Origin: Hypanus sabinus | Lineage: Eukaryota | DNA length: 64,000 bases | Direction: 5' to 3' | NCBI RefSeq assembly: GCF_030144855.1 | Contig: NC_082727.1 | Span: forward strand, 24,304,001-24,368,000 | Shown: one piece after another, positions 24,232-37,130 of the stretch | How the letters are laid out: the number at the start of each line of letters is the position of its first letter | Position numbering within the stretch: the first letter of the stretch is position 1 | The notes under the pieces: model-generated | Databases searched by the model: none | What the model saw: the letters and a program-made list of their open reading frames with translations, nothing else | What the model was told of the DNA's origin: nothing | Translations under genes and position numbers: made by a program

Positions 24232-27200
24232 TTAAGGAAATACAATCTGATCTAGGTAGTAATTTTATTTCTGGGTTGTTTCCACAGATAGTTTATAAAC
24301 TGGGAGCTAGACAGATTACCTCGGCTGCATACCACCCAGAATCACAAGGGGCCTTGGAGAGGTTTCATTCTACCCTCAAGATTATGAGTAGGACATATTG
24401 TGTAGAAAATGAAAATGATTGGGATGAGGGCATATACTTACTTCTATTTGCAGGATGGGAGTCAGTACAGGAATCATTTGGTTTTAGTCCATTTGAACTT
24501 GTATTTGGGCATAGAGTTAGAGGACCTTTGTCCTTATTAAAAGAACAATGCATTAATAAAGAGGTACACACTAATTTGCTGGATTATGATTTAAAATTTA
24601 AGGAAAGGTTGCATAAAGCTTTTAGATTAGCCAGGGAAAATTTTAAATTGGCTCAGGAGTAAATGAAAACCTGGTATGATAAAGAAGCTAGAAGGAGGTC
24701 ATTTTAAGTCTGGAGATGTTGGTTCTTTTCCCAGTGCAAATGAATCCTTCTCAAGCTAGATTTCATGGTCCTTATGAAATTATATCTAAATTTAATGATG
24801 TGGATTATGTGATTAAAATACTGGATCAAAGAAGGTCAAACAGCTTTGTCATATATGTATATGATAAAACCATATTATGAGAAACAGTCTGCTACTATGA
24901 CTGTTTTGGTCAATAAAAATGAGTCTGATCTCACTAGGAACTTAATGGATGATTCATCTGAAGCTCATTTTAAACCCAATATTATTTCTGCCAGATTACC
25001 AAACGTAACAATTCTGGAAAATATTGATGAGAAATAAGTTCATTTACAGCCAGAGCAGAAGCAGCAGATGAAGCAATTAATTTTTAAATATAGGGATTTA
25101 TTTTCAGACATTCCTAAAAGAACCACGGTAGCTTCATGCGATGTAGATGTTGGAGATGCCAAACCCACAAACCCATAAAGCAACATACATATTGGATGAA
25201 CATGGGAAAATGTGAACTTGCTGAGAAAGAAATTAAGTATATGTTAGAGAATGATATTATTAGATCTCCTAATTCGAATTGGAGTTCACCTTGTGCTAAT
25301 GGTGCCCAAGTCAGATGGTAGTATATGGTTTAGTACTGACTACAGGAAGGTGAATGCTGTAATGAAAACAGATGTGTATCCAATCCCTAGAGTGGATGGT
25401 TGTATGGATAAAGTCAGAAAAGCAAAGTTCCTTACAAAGATTGATATGTTGGAAGGAGTAATTGGTGTGTTCCATTGACAGATAGAGGTAGAGAGATTTC
25501 CGCATTTGTAACCCCTTCTGTGTTATATGAATATAATGTTCTTCCATTTGGGATGAAGAATGCCCCAGGTACTTGCCAGCAGATGATTAATTCTATGATT
25601 CATGGGTTAAAAGATACAGATGCCTATATTGACGATTTAGTTACAGGAAATGATACTTGGGAAGCACATATTGCAGCGGTGGAGAAACTATTTGAAAGGC
25701 TTTCAAAAGCTAACTTAACTATTAACTTAGCTAAAAGTGAATTTGGTCATGCCACTGTGATTTACCTTGGTTACGTTGTGGGTCAAGGTAAGTTAGTTCC
25801 TGTTCAGGCAAAAGTTCAGGCAATTTTAGAGGTCCCCACTCCAACTGCTAAAAAAACTCTCTGAAGATTCTTGGGAATGGTAGGATATTACCGAAAATTC
25901 TGTAAAACTTTTGCTAATATTGCTCTTCCATTAACTAACCTCTTGAAGAAAAATGAAAAATTTGTGTGGACAGTGCTTTGTCAGGAGGCATTTGAGAAAT
26001 TGAAAACTATGCTATGTCATCAATCTGTGCTCAGGGCACCTGGCTTTGAAAAACCATTTTCATTAGTTGTGGATGCTAGTGATGAGGCTGCAGGAGCAGT
26101 ATTACTTCAAAGGAATGTGGGTGATGAGGTTGATCATCCAGTAGCTTACTTTTCTAAGAAATTTAATGAGCATCAAAGAAACTATTCAACTATAGTAAAG
26201 GAATTATTATCCCTTGTTTTGGCTTTATAACATTTTGATGTGTATGTTGGTACAACTCAGAAACCACTCAAAGTTTACACCGATCATAATCCATTAGTGT
26301 TTCTGAGTAGGATGAAAAACAAAAATAGAAGGTTACTAAAATGGAGTTTGATGTTACAGGAGCATAATGTTTTGATAACTCATTTTAAAGGCAAAGATAA
26401 TGTGATTGCTGACTGTCTATCTAGATGTTGAATGTACAATATAATTTTTTATGGAGTAGTATTTTAACATTTGTAACACATACGGTATATTAATTTGTAA
26501 GGTGCTGTATGATAATACTATGTATATTGTATGTTGTGGATTTTATACATTATTTTTTTTGTAATTAGTTAATTGTTAAAATTTTGCTCATAACAGCCCA
26601 AATTTTTTGTTTGGCGGGAGGTGTTACATACCCCATGGGTATCTGGTGACTGTCTTATGACCATGATGTAATTGAGTATCTGGTGAGCATGATGTAATGG
26701 TCTTGTGATGTAGGGGTGATGTCATTTCCCACCAGAGTGAGGTCACGTGATGACATGTTCTCAACAGGTATAAAACGGGAAAGCCTGCTGTGACGCAGGA
26801 GATTTGTGTTGAGTCGTCGTTTAATTCGTCAGTTACTCCATTATGCTGCGTATTTGGTCTCATGACACAGTTTTGTTTTAAAGTGGAGTTTTACTTTCTA
26901 CTGTAAGGTACAGAATCATTGTGCCGGCAGTTTTGTCAATCACTGCCAGTTTGTTTGATGTATCTTTGATTTAATTTTAAAGTCTAAGTATTGGAGAGTG
27001 AAGATTTTACTGAAGTACAGGAACCCAAAGGATCAAGTAAAGTTTGTGTCGTCGGTGGTAATACAGTATCAACCTTGTTGGATATTCGTTCAAGAAGTAA
27101 TGACCTGCATTTGAGATAACCCCTACCTGCAAGAGTAGAAAGGGTTGTGCAGTGTTCATTCACCAAGAAAAAGGTCAGTTCCTTTAAGCCATTTTTATTT

Positions 27201-29809
27201 CCTTCATTGTGAATCCTTCAGGCAAGGCATATTTCAGTTGGGATCAGCAGTAACACCACGTTGTCGAGGAATTTGTTATTTCAAGAAAGTCTCTCCTAAT
27301 TGACTGTGTAAATCACTTGGACTTGGAATCATATTTACCATGTTTAAAACCATGCTCGCATTTATCACTTTAAGACTGTGTTCGCATTTACCATTTGAAG
27401 ACTGTGTTCCAGAGTTGCCGTATAGCAGTTAACTTCCGGTTAAGTTAGTTGTTTGTTTAATTTTCATTCTTATTGAGCAGAGTTTAATAAATGTTAATTT
27501 GTTTATAAAACTTGACTCAATTCTATATTCATTGTTGCCGGAGACGTACCGTAACACTGACCTTACAGTGGATGAGCAGTTAGGAAACAATGACAACTCC
27601 TTAAGTTTTAAGATTGCCAGAGGTAAGGCTATGTATGGACCTTGTGGGAGAGTATTGAATTGGAGCAGGGCAAATTACGAGAGCATTAGACAAGAACTAG
27701 AGAGAGTTAATTGGGAACAGCCATTTTGTGGCAAGTCCACAACCGACATGTGGTGGGTATTTAAAGACCAACTGCACAGAGTACGGGACAGGTAAGTTCC
27801 AGTCAGAGGAAGGACAAAGAGGGGAAGTTAAGAGAACCTTGGATGTCAAAGGAGGTTATGTATTTAGAAAAAATGAAATATGTAAAGGGTAGAAACCTAG
27901 AATCAAACAGTGCCCTTAAAGTGCGTAGATAAGCTAGAAAATAACTCAAGAAGTGAGGAAAGCCATGAAATGTCTTTGGCAAGTAGGATTAGTGAATCCC
28001 AAGACATCCTATACATAGATCAAGAGCAAGGGAATAACTAGGGAGAAGGTAGGGCCACTCAAGCATAAAGGAGGGGACAATTGCTTGGATGTGGATGATG
28101 TAGGTGAGGTCGTAAGTGAGTACTTTACATTAGTATTTACTAAGAAGGACATGGAAGATAGGGAGATCAGTGCTGAGTATATTAAAATGCTAGGGCATTT
28201 TGAGATAAGGGAGGGGGTAGAGTTGGGTCTCTTAAGAAGCTTTACTGTAAGCGGATAAGACCCCAGGGTATGATGGGATATACCCCAAGTTATTAAGAGA
28301 GGCTGGGACCTTAACCAATTTCTGTGTCTTCTCTAGCTACAGGCGAGGTCCTGGAAAACTGGCAAGTAGCTAATTTTGTTTTATTATTCAAAAAGGGTAC
28401 CAGAGATAATCCTGGAAACTGTAATCCTGTGAGTATCACAGCAGTGATAAGGAAGTTACTGGAGAGAATTTTTAGGGATATGATTTATGAGCAATTGGAA
28501 AACCATGGCCTAATTAGGAAGAGCCAGCAAGGCTTTGTGTGGGACAAGTCATGCCTTAGTTTTTTGACAAAGTGATGAGGGTGATTGATGAAGACAGAGC
28601 TGTGGATGTTGTCGACATGCAGTTTAGTTAAGGGTCCTCATGGAAGGCTCATCCAGAAGATTAAGGTGCATGGGATCAATAGTCAATTGGCTGTTTGAAT
28701 TCAGTTGGTTTTGCCCTTAGAAGACAGAGGGGAGTGATGAAGGGACTTATTCTAGCTGGAGGTCTGTGATTAGTGGTGTTCCAGGGGGATCTGTGCTGGG
28801 ACCTCTGCTGTTTGTGCTGTTTATAAATGACCTCGATGCAAATATAGATGGGTGAGTTAGTAAGTTTGCAGATGATACAAAGATTAGTGGTGTTGCAGAT
28901 TGCAAAGAAGACAGGCAAAGAATAATGAGATATACAGTAAGTCAGCTGCAGATATGGGCAGAGGAATGCAGATGGAGGTTAACTGAGCCAAATGTGAAGT
29001 GCTACACTTTTGTTGGTCAAATGTAAAGAGACAGCACACTGTGAAGAGCAAGACCCTTGACAGTGTTGATGAGCAGAGGGATTTTGGGTTCCAAGTTCAT
29101 AGCTCCCTGAAAGTGGCTACACAGGTTGATAGGGTTGTTAAGAAAGCATGTGACATGCTTGTCTTTATTAGTCAATGCACTGAGTTCAGAAATCAGAAAC
29201 TTATATTGCAACCTTATAAAACGCTAGCTAGGCTGCACCTGGAATATTGCATACACTTCTGGTCATCCCATTATAGGAAGGATATCAATGCTTTGGAAAG
29301 GGTGCAGAAGAGGCTCACCAGGATGCTGCCTGGATTAGAGGACATGAGGTATTAAGAGGATGAGAGTTTGGATAAGTGTAACTTGTTTTCTTTGGAGCGG
29401 CAGAGACTGAGGGGAGAACCACTAGAGGTTTGTAAGATAATGAAAGACATAGATAGAGCAGACAGCATCTTTTTCTTGGGGTGAAATGTCTTAATACCAG
29501 AAGGTACTTAATGTGAGAGGTGGTAAGTTCAAAAGAGCTGAGAGGAACAAGTTTTTTTTATACAGAGAGTGATGGGTGCTTTGGGTGGTGGTAGAAGCAG
29601 ATAAATTAGGGACTTTTCAATAGGTACATAAATGTGAAGGAAATGGAAGGATATGAAAATTGTGTCGACAGAAGGGATTAGTTAGTATAGTTGGCCATAT
29701 GTTTAGTAATTTAATTGGTTCAGCACAACCTTGTGGACTGAACAGCCTGTTACAGTGTTGTTCTGTTCTATTTTCCGGAATCCCTTATTTGATCTGAAAG
29801 ATAATGAGG

Positions 29810-29925
29810 TATAAAGGCTTATCTGCCCTCTATCAGGGTCTTGACCTGAAATGTTGACTGTCCATTTCCCTCAGGTGTTTGACTTGTTGAGTTTCTCCAG
29901 CATTTCCTGTGTTGATCCAGCTAAA
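29810..29925 (+). mobile_element. Penelope-type terminal repeat fragment
   Basis: agggtcttgacctgaaatgttgactg...tgagtttctccagcattt. Confidence 0.6.
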
Positions 29926-30204
29926 AGGTGTGGATAAAAGATAACTGTTTTTCTAAATTGACTGGATCTCTTTTAAATCTGCATTATCATGGAATAGGGA
30001 GTTTCAATTTCCATCATTGTTGTTCATCATAAGTGTGAAAATAGAGCCACTCAAGTATTCTAGCTCCTTAATTGAAAGAAATGTATTTCACTGAGCAGAG
30101 GCAAATATGACATGCACTTTAAATGTAGTAATTGTGTTTCATGTTTTCCATACTGCCAATCCATGCAAATCCACAACTTCAAAACTTGTTAGAATAAATA
30201 AAAC

Positions 30205-30210
30205 TTTATT
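30205..30210 (-). terminator. Candidate MYPN polyadenylation signal (AATAAA), about 1.16 kb after the stop
   Basis: tttatt on + at the end of a repeat-free AT-rich stretch, followed on - by U/GU-rich sequence. Confidence 0.55.
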
Positions 30211-31369
30211 CACAAGATAAACAATCCATTATTTCTTTACAAGTGCAAGCATACATTAATGTTTTGATTCAAGCCAAAGATCCATTCTTCCTGCAGTTAG
30301 TATATTATTTAAGCTTGTCTCTGCTGACTCAGGGAAGCCCCTGGAAACCACTAAACACATAATCAATGTGAAAATATCTGGAAAAAATAACCGCTGTTTC
30401 GGATCAGTTCTCATAGTCAGTGGGTTAAGTGGGTATGTGTGGCAACTTATCACCTAGCAAGATATGTAAACAAATCAGATTGTAATGGTTAATATGTATT
30501 CCTTAGTTCATTGAAAGCTGTGTCATGTGTGAACCCAAACAGAATTATGGTTTCAGGTGAAAGTGTCCCCTGCTCATTGAGAATGAAATGGGGAAGATGT
30601 TTCTCACATTGTACCAGTAGCCATATGGCTAACTTAATACCAGCTAAAGCAGTTGAAGGTAAAGTATGATGGGAATCTCACAATTTTATGATTAGCCATT
30701 TTATGTTTAGATATGTAAATTACTCACAAAGGAGTTTGGAAAGAAAATTAACCTTTTTAATAGACAATCAAAAGTAATTTGCATTGTTATCAAGGAACAC
30801 AAATACATGAATAAACTTGTCCACTGCAGTCAACGTTTAACTGGTGCAAACAAATAGATGCATTGTACCAGCATGTAACATCATATTAAAGACAATTATG
30901 CTAATTAAGCAATGGTTTTGAGGAGTGTGAATGAGCCACATGCAAGTGAAAGAATCTGCTTGCAAACCAGAACCAAACATTTCATATTGTACCCATTAAC
31001 ACTGCTCACCTTTTCTTTATCACATTGCTTTTGAAAGTCTCTGCAAAATGGAAAATTGCTGGGGATTGACATCTAATTTGCCTTGATTACTGAACATCTA
31101 GTAGCTTATTGTAACTGTGGCATTGCCAACATCTATATTCATAAATAGCATTTGCCATAATATTAAAAAGGAACTATAGAAATCATTATATTGTTTCTCT
31201 GTAGTGTCTATGTGCTAATTAAACATAATTTCAGCCTTGTTGCATATAACATTCACTAAGCTCTTGAAAAACAACTTTGTGTAAACGTTGATCATTTGGT
31301 ATCTATTATATTCACTGTTCACTAAGTTTTGCAGAAGCAAAAATTATTGAAATAACTTCAAAAGAAACT

Positions 31370-31536
31370 TCACAGTTCATCACTTTCCATCACATTTTGT
31401 TTGGTTGCAATCTGTGGAGTGTCCACTGATGGGGAAGCAGATTTCAAGTCAAGTCCTTGGATAGAAAAAGCAGCAAATCGACTGCTTGGCGGTTGTACTT
31501 TTCTTACTTGCTGTTTGATGTTCTGGTGCCATTGAG
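31370..31536 (-). CDS. MYPN: Myopalladin last coding exon to stop codon
   Basis: Acceptor ttttgttgtcacag|CT, phase 1. Translates AQWHQNIKQQVRKVQPPSSRFAAFSIQGLDLKSASPSVDTPQIATKQNVMESDEL* (TGA 31370-31372). AQWH and ESDEL match MYPN; palladin has TQWH and ESEDL. Confidence 0.92.
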
Positions 31537-31919
31537 CTGTGACAACAAAAATAGCCAAGTTGAGCCTTTGCAACTGTGATGGTAAATTTTATGTTACTCT
31601 AATATTATAAGGAGCTGGTATACCACCCTATCAAAAGTGAAACAAATGTTTCAGACAGCAATCAATACTCTTTAAATATGCACTCTACAAGTAAATACAC
31701 TACAAATGATAAGGCAGTAACAAAAACTGGCAATTATATTATTCCCCATAAAGCTTCTATCACCAAAACAGCAGAACAACAGGCCTCTGCTTCAGAAGCT
31801 GATTTAATGTTCTAATCATTACTTAATAAAATTAGTTTAAATCACCATTATAAAATCTCATTATTATGCAGTGTTTGCTAATGCTTTTGCATGAACTAAA
31901 CTTAAAGTGACAGGGATGA

Positions 31920-32830
31920 TTATTCCTGGTGCTTACCGATTTTTCACACAGTGGGTGGTGGAAGTCCAAAGTGATCTGTCAGAGGAGGTGGTGCAGGCCG
32001 ATACAATTGCAGCATTTAAAGAAAATTTGGATAGTATTTTGATAGGAAAGGCACACAGGGATGTGAACCTAATGCAGGTAAATGGGATTAGTGCAAGTAA
32101 GCACTAGAGTTGGTATAAGCAAAGTGTGCTGAATGGGCTCCTTTCTGTTTTGTATATTTCCATGATCCTATGAACATCACACCTGCAGTTCACTATTATC
32201 TCTGCTTGACAATCATATTATCAGAAAATCAGAAGTTGTTATAAAGTTCTAGAATCATAGAGCAGTATTGCACAGAAATGGGCCATTGGGCCCATGGTGT
32301 CCATACTGACCAATTTGCCTGGATTTGCTGCAGAACCTTCTGAGCCTTGTGTAATCAAGTGTCTGACTAAATGTTCCTTAAATGTAGTGATTGTGTCAGA
32401 GTGCAGCATTTCCTGTGTCAAACAGCTACAGATATCAACCAGTGTCTTTGTGAAAATTTTTCCCCTCTGATCCATCTTCACAATCTAAAACGATGACCTC
32501 TAGTTTTTGACACACCTATCTTAGGAAGAAGATTCTTACTATGCATCATTACTATGCCTCTCATAACCTTATACACCTTAATCAGGTTACCTTTCAGCCT
32601 CCTTCATCCCAGTGAAGGCAAAACTAGTTGATACACATTTTCCTTTAGTTAATTCCTCCAATCCAGGCAACATCCCGGTGAATCTCTCATGGTTTCCTTC
32701 TGGTACAATCAAATCACTTTTATATAGTGACCAGAATATACATGATGCTTCAAATGTAGCCTAAGCAGTGTTTTGTTAAGTTCCAACATGAACTCCAAAG
32801 TATTGTATTTTATGACCAGGCAAAGATGGC
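31920..32830. mobile_element. Two decayed CR1 3' fragments, tail to tail (+ then -)
   Basis: FFTQWVV..L.EEVVQADTI..FK on +; IFTKTLV..L.QE..SDTITTFK on -. Confidence 0.7.
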
Positions 32831-32879
32831 AAGCATGTGTTGAACATTCACTCAGTGACCTCTTTATTCGATACCTCCT

Positions 32880-33245
32880 GTACCTAATGTCCATGATCTT
32901 CTGCTGCTGTAGCTCATCCACTTCAAGGTTCGACATGCGTGTTCAGAGGTGCCCTTCTGCACATCACTGTTGTTACACATAGTTATCTGAGTTACTGTCA
33001 CTTGTCAGCTTGAACCAGTCTGGCAACTGACTTCTCTCATTAACACAACATTTTTACCCACAGAACTGCACCTCACTAAATGTATTTGTGTTTATCACAT
33101 CATTCTCTGTAAACTCTAGACACTTTTGTGCATGAAAATCCCTGGAGAGCAGCAGTCTCTGAGATACTCAAACCATCCTGTCTGATACCGACAATCATTC
33201 CACGGTAAAAGTCACTGAGATCACATTTCTTCCCCATTCTGATGA
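32880..33245 (-). mobile_element. Tc1-like transposase N-terminal fragment
   Basis: MGKKCDLSDFYRGMIVGIRQDGLSISETAAL.GFS..VSRVYRE (paired-like HTH). Confidence 0.8.
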
Positions 33246-33319
33246 CTCAGGTTCCAAGATCCAAGATTGAATCTAACAACAATTCTGCTTCTAGAACTTT
33301 GAGGACTTCCTGCAAATTC

Positions 33320-33792
33320 CTCCTAGCGAATTGTCAGGATGGAGCTCCCAGGACTGGACACCATCTACTCCAGCAGACTCAGGAGGAAAGCAATCAGCAT
33401 AACCAGAGACACTACACACCCCGGCCTCTCCCTGTCTGACCCGCTGCCGTCCAGCAAAAGGTTCAGGACACTAAAAGCCAGAACAAATAGACTGAGGAAC
33501 AGCTTCTACCCCAGAGCCTTGGCCTCCATCACACCACTCCCACAGAACAATGACTGAAACTGTGAGCACACACGTGCACACACAAGGACTCAAATACTTG
33601 CACTTTGTGCATTACTGTGATATTCTGGTGCTGCTGCAACTTATTTTCTGCTACTTATCTATTTAACACTGTTTTCCTATCACTGTCTTGTTTTTATCTA
33701 CCGCTTTGTTTAATTGCCTGAGAGGAAGCCAAACAGAGTTTCATTGTATCTATGTATAATGACAATAAAGATCAGTCATTCATTCATTCAAA
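33320..33792 (+). mobile_element. Rex1-like LINE 3' end
   Basis: RKAISITRDTTHPG..LPSSKRFRTLKARTNRLRNSFYPRA; aataaag...(cattc)n tail. Confidence 0.8.
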
Positions 33793-33919
33793 CCACACGA
33801 TGTGCATTTCATGGTTTGAAGTGCCTTGCCAGGCCTCTTTTAATAGCTTAACTCAAAAAAGATACAAAGAAATCATATTGAAATTAAACTATGAATCAGC
33901 TTACTTACCTCATTAAACT

Positions 33920-34868
33920 TAAGGACCCTTAGACATATTGATGTATAGAGGGATCTTGGGGTGCAACTGCATAGCTCCTTGAAACTGCAGCACAGTTAGA
34001 TACAGCCTAAAGGTGGCATATGGCAGGCCTGTCTTCATCAGTCAGGTGTTGACTATAAAAGTTGGGAAGCCATTCTGCAGGCTTATAAACTTTTGTTAGG
34101 CCATATATAGAGAATGTTGTGCTGTTCTAGTTGCCACATTAGAAGAAGGATGGAGAGTGTGGTGAACTACATATACCTGTCTGGACATGCCCCCCACCCC
34201 CCACCCCCGCTGACTGCTCCTGTGGCTCCTCCCACAGACCCCTGTATAAAGGCGATTGGAGGCACTGCTCCTCCCTCAGTCTCCAGGATGTTGTGTGATG
34301 GTCTCTTGCTGCTGATAGTGCTCTCTCTTCCAGCTAATAAAAGCATATCTCTCGCCTCATGTCTCTAAGAGTTATTGATGGTGCATCAGAGAGGCTTTGG
34401 AAAAGATAGAAGAGATTCACCAGGATGCCGCCTGTACAGAGAATATTAGCAAAAAGGAGAGGCTGAGCAAACTTTAATTATTTGCTCTGGAAGTCAGTAG
34501 CTGAGGGGTGACCCGATAGAAGTATATAAAATTATGAGAGATGTAGATGGTAAGTGTCTGTTTCACAGGATGGAAATATCAGATACTAGTGGGCATAACT
34601 TTTAAAAATGGCAAGTTTAAAGAAAACTTACATGGTAATTTTTCCCCTTCACATTGAGTGGTAAATGTTTCTAACATGCTATCAGGGAAAATGGCGGAAA
34701 CAGATGTGATGCAATGTTTAAGAAGCATTTAGACACACATGAACAGGCTGGAATGATAGGATATAAACCACATGTGGGCAGATGGGCAGTTTAAACTGGC
34801 ATTCTGGTTGGCACAAACATTGTGGACTGAAGGGCCTGCTCCTATGCTGAATGTTCTGTTCTATGTAA
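33920..34868 (+). mobile_element. CR1 3' fragment interrupted by a solo LTR
   Basis: agagggatcttggggtgc...caggatgccg...gaagggcctg...ttctgttctatg. Confidence 0.75.
34158..34388 (+). mobile_element. Solo LTR (231 bp), TSD GAGAG
   Basis: TG...CA termini, TATAAA, AATAAA, perfect 5-bp TSD. Confidence 0.9.
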
Positions 34869-35544
34869 TTTCATAATTTTTGTTTAAGCCAAATGCTTAT
34901 TTAAATGAACAGAACATCTGTCCCTCTCTCTTCTTTTAAACTCCTCCTACCTACCTCTCTATCAGTGATGTTTATACCATCATCTGCAAAGGTCCTACCA
35001 TTTAAGATTCACCATCTAATCCTCTCTGACCCTGTACCCTTTTTCTCATATAAGACACTCCTAAAAATCTGCTACTTTGGATAAGCTTTAGACCACCGGC
35101 TGTAATGTAGGTCAGTGTCAAATTTTGTTTGTTATTTCTTCTGTGAAATGCATTTGTATGTTTTGCTATTTTAAAAGTCTTAAACAAATACACACTATAG
35201 GTGATAATACTGGACATATTCTCAGTAACGTATCTCAACAGTGTCATTTCCTGGCAATATATTAATATTCCAGTCAAAGCTGTGTTGGTATCATGTGCTT
35301 TCCACTCAGCCATATGCAGAAAAAATGCTGTCCTGCAATATCATGGCCTCACTTTAACAATATTGACAATATTGACAACTCCATTATAAAGTTGTCCATA
35401 AGCCACTCCATGTCGGCTCTATCTCTGCTTCAATGAGCAACAACTAAGTTCCAATTTTGCAAATCTTGTAGAAGTTTGTGAAGTAATATCCTTTCCAGGA
35501 AAACCTCAACAAAACTCCATTAATTTAATAAAGGCACGTAACTT

Positions 35545-35850
35545 AACAATGTTCAGAGCCACAGAGTAATCCAGCTGGGAAACTATGTCTGTGCCAACTA
35601 TCAACTATTCACTTAATTCTATTTATTTTCCCCATATTATCATAGACTTTCCCAAGACCCTATCACTCATCCACAAAGGGCAATTCACAGTGGGCAATTA
35701 ACCTATCAACCATGTGGCTGTAGGATGTGGAAAGAAGCCTGAGCTTCTTTGAAGGACATTGAAATATGCAGACTTCACACAAACAGCATCAGATATCAGA
35801 ATTGAACTTGGGTGTCTGTTGCTATGGGGGAGCTGCTCAACTAACTACTT
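35545..35850 (-). mobile_element. Decayed V-SINE
   Basis: gggcaattcacagtgggcaattaacctatcaacc...gaattgaacttggg. Confidence 0.55.
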
Positions 35851-35978
35851 CACTATAAAAGGGGCATAGAAAGTATCCAACTATCGCCTTTATTTCAATT
35901 CTCTTCACTAAGTGTTCACACTTGTCTGGAACTAACTGAATGGTAATAGCACCAGCAACATTTTACAAACCCTGCTTC

Positions 35979-36174
35979 TGATGCACCATCAATAACTCTC
36001 GGAGACGGGAGGCGAACGATAGGCTTTTATTAGCTGCAAAAGTGATCACAACATCTTGGAGACTGAGGGAGGAGCAGTGCCTCCTATCGCCTTTATACAG
36101 GGGTCTGTGGGAGGAGCCACAGGAGCAGTCAGCAGAGGGGCGTGTCCAGACAGGTATACACATAGTTTACCACA
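35979..36174 (-). mobile_element. Solo LTR of the same family (196 bp), TSD GCTTC
   Basis: Reverse complement of 34158-34388 with internal indels; perfect 5-bp TSD. Confidence 0.9.
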
Positions 36175-36664
36175 GCTTCCCTGCTTACAGTCTACATGAG
36201 AATGCCTTCTGAGGATCCTTTAGTGAATGCTTGGAGTTTGCATTCAATCCCTGTTCTTTGAGAGATACATAAACATCTCACTGAAAGTATTTGATTTGAA
36301 CACAGGAAGCATGGGATGATCTAGCTGAGGGATTTGAGAATGATCAATGAAGTTGGTAGGGTAGATGCAAACTTTCCTCTGCTGGTGGATTTCAAAATCA
36401 AAGGACGTAACTTTAAAATTAGATCTAAGCCATTTAGTGGTGGTAAAGTCAAAAACTAATCCTTCATTCAAAGGATGGAGGGAGACTAAATTTATCCAAA
36501 AAGTAGTTATTGAGTTTGGAGACAATTATAAAGTTCTAATCCATTAGATCTTTTTAAGGGTTACAGAGTTTAGAACCGAGATAGGGTGATAAAATTACAA
36601 AGCTGCCCAGTATCACTGATGAAAATCCACTCTTATAACTGTTAACACTCAGATACATACTAAC

Positions 36665-36798
36665 CATATAAATCCAATCGAGCTGTGCAAGATGTGATTC
36701 CTGCTTCATTTTTGGCTGACACAGTATACCAGCCAGCATCCTCCTTCTTGGATGGTTGGATCAAGAGACAGACATACCCTGTAGGATCTCGGTGCATG
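36665..36798 (-). CDS. MYPN: Myopalladin coding exon (end of Ig5), 134 bp; not shown in this frame in the ORF track
   Basis: Acceptor tttttacccag|C, donor TATG|gttagt. Phase 2 matches. Translates SMHRDPTGYVCLLIQPSKKEDAGWYTVSAKNEAGITSCTARLDLY. Confidence 0.93.
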
Positions 36799-36819
36799 CT
36801 GGGTAAAAATAAAGATCTG

Positions 36820-37130
36820 TTTTATTTGTCAAATGTGCATTAAAACATACAATAATATGCACCACTTGTGTCAAATCAAATCAGAAAGGATTGTGCTGAG
36901 AGCAGCCTGGAAGTGTCACCACACTTCTAATGCCAGTATAGCATGTCCACAACCTACTAACCCTAACCTTTATGTCTTTGGAATGTGGGAGGAAAGTGGA
37001 GCCACCTGGAGGAAACCTACAAAATCACAGGAGAATATATGAATTCCTTACAGACAGTGGTGGGAAATGAACCTGGGTCACTGGGGCTGAAAAGCGTTTA
37101 TACTAACTGCTATGCTACTACGCTATCCCA
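36820..37130 (-). mobile_element. V-SINE whose tail sits immediately upstream of the MYPN acceptor at 36798
   Basis: gtctttggaatgtgggaggaaagtggagccacctggaggaaacc (reverse V core), B-box-like gaacctggg; tail similar to 1110-1235. Confidence 0.7.

Larger units (their letters stand above)
21086..27556 (+). mobile_element. Gmr1-like LTR retrotransposon (Ty3/Gypsy with PR-IN-RT-RH order), decayed; 5' LTR 21086-22343, 3' LTR 26622-27556
   Basis: 3' LTR of 935 bp, TGTTAC...GTAACA; PPT ggcgggagg. Gag PEAYRERIRNL and CNYCKKPG.IIANC; PR LRDTGASQSL; IN VDCVGLLP, IQSDLGSNF, YHPESQGALERFH at about 23600-24900; RT LPFGMKNAP, AYIDDL at about 25100-25860; RH VDASD, YTDHNPL to 26431. Confidence 0.92.
20520..29775 (+). 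mobile_element. CR1 LINE ORF2 (20520-21085 plus 27557-29775) split by the Gmr1-like element
   Basis: LKCVYFNARSI (APE). aatgagcctggccag before and ctgaccttacagtggatgagcag after the LTR element are collinear CR1 sequence. RT remnants and ttctgttcta tail follow. Confidence 0.9.

Noticed and set aside
21028-26863. Duplicated small minus-strand ORFs (MRPN.QHNGVTD...), and MEPL.HGGQVEGG... at 49981 and 59143
   Set aside because: They are translations of LTR copies, not genes.
1-30000. ATOH7 or another host gene downstream of MYPN
   Set aside because: No bHLH ORF or credible exon seen; the recognisable ORFs are TE-derived.
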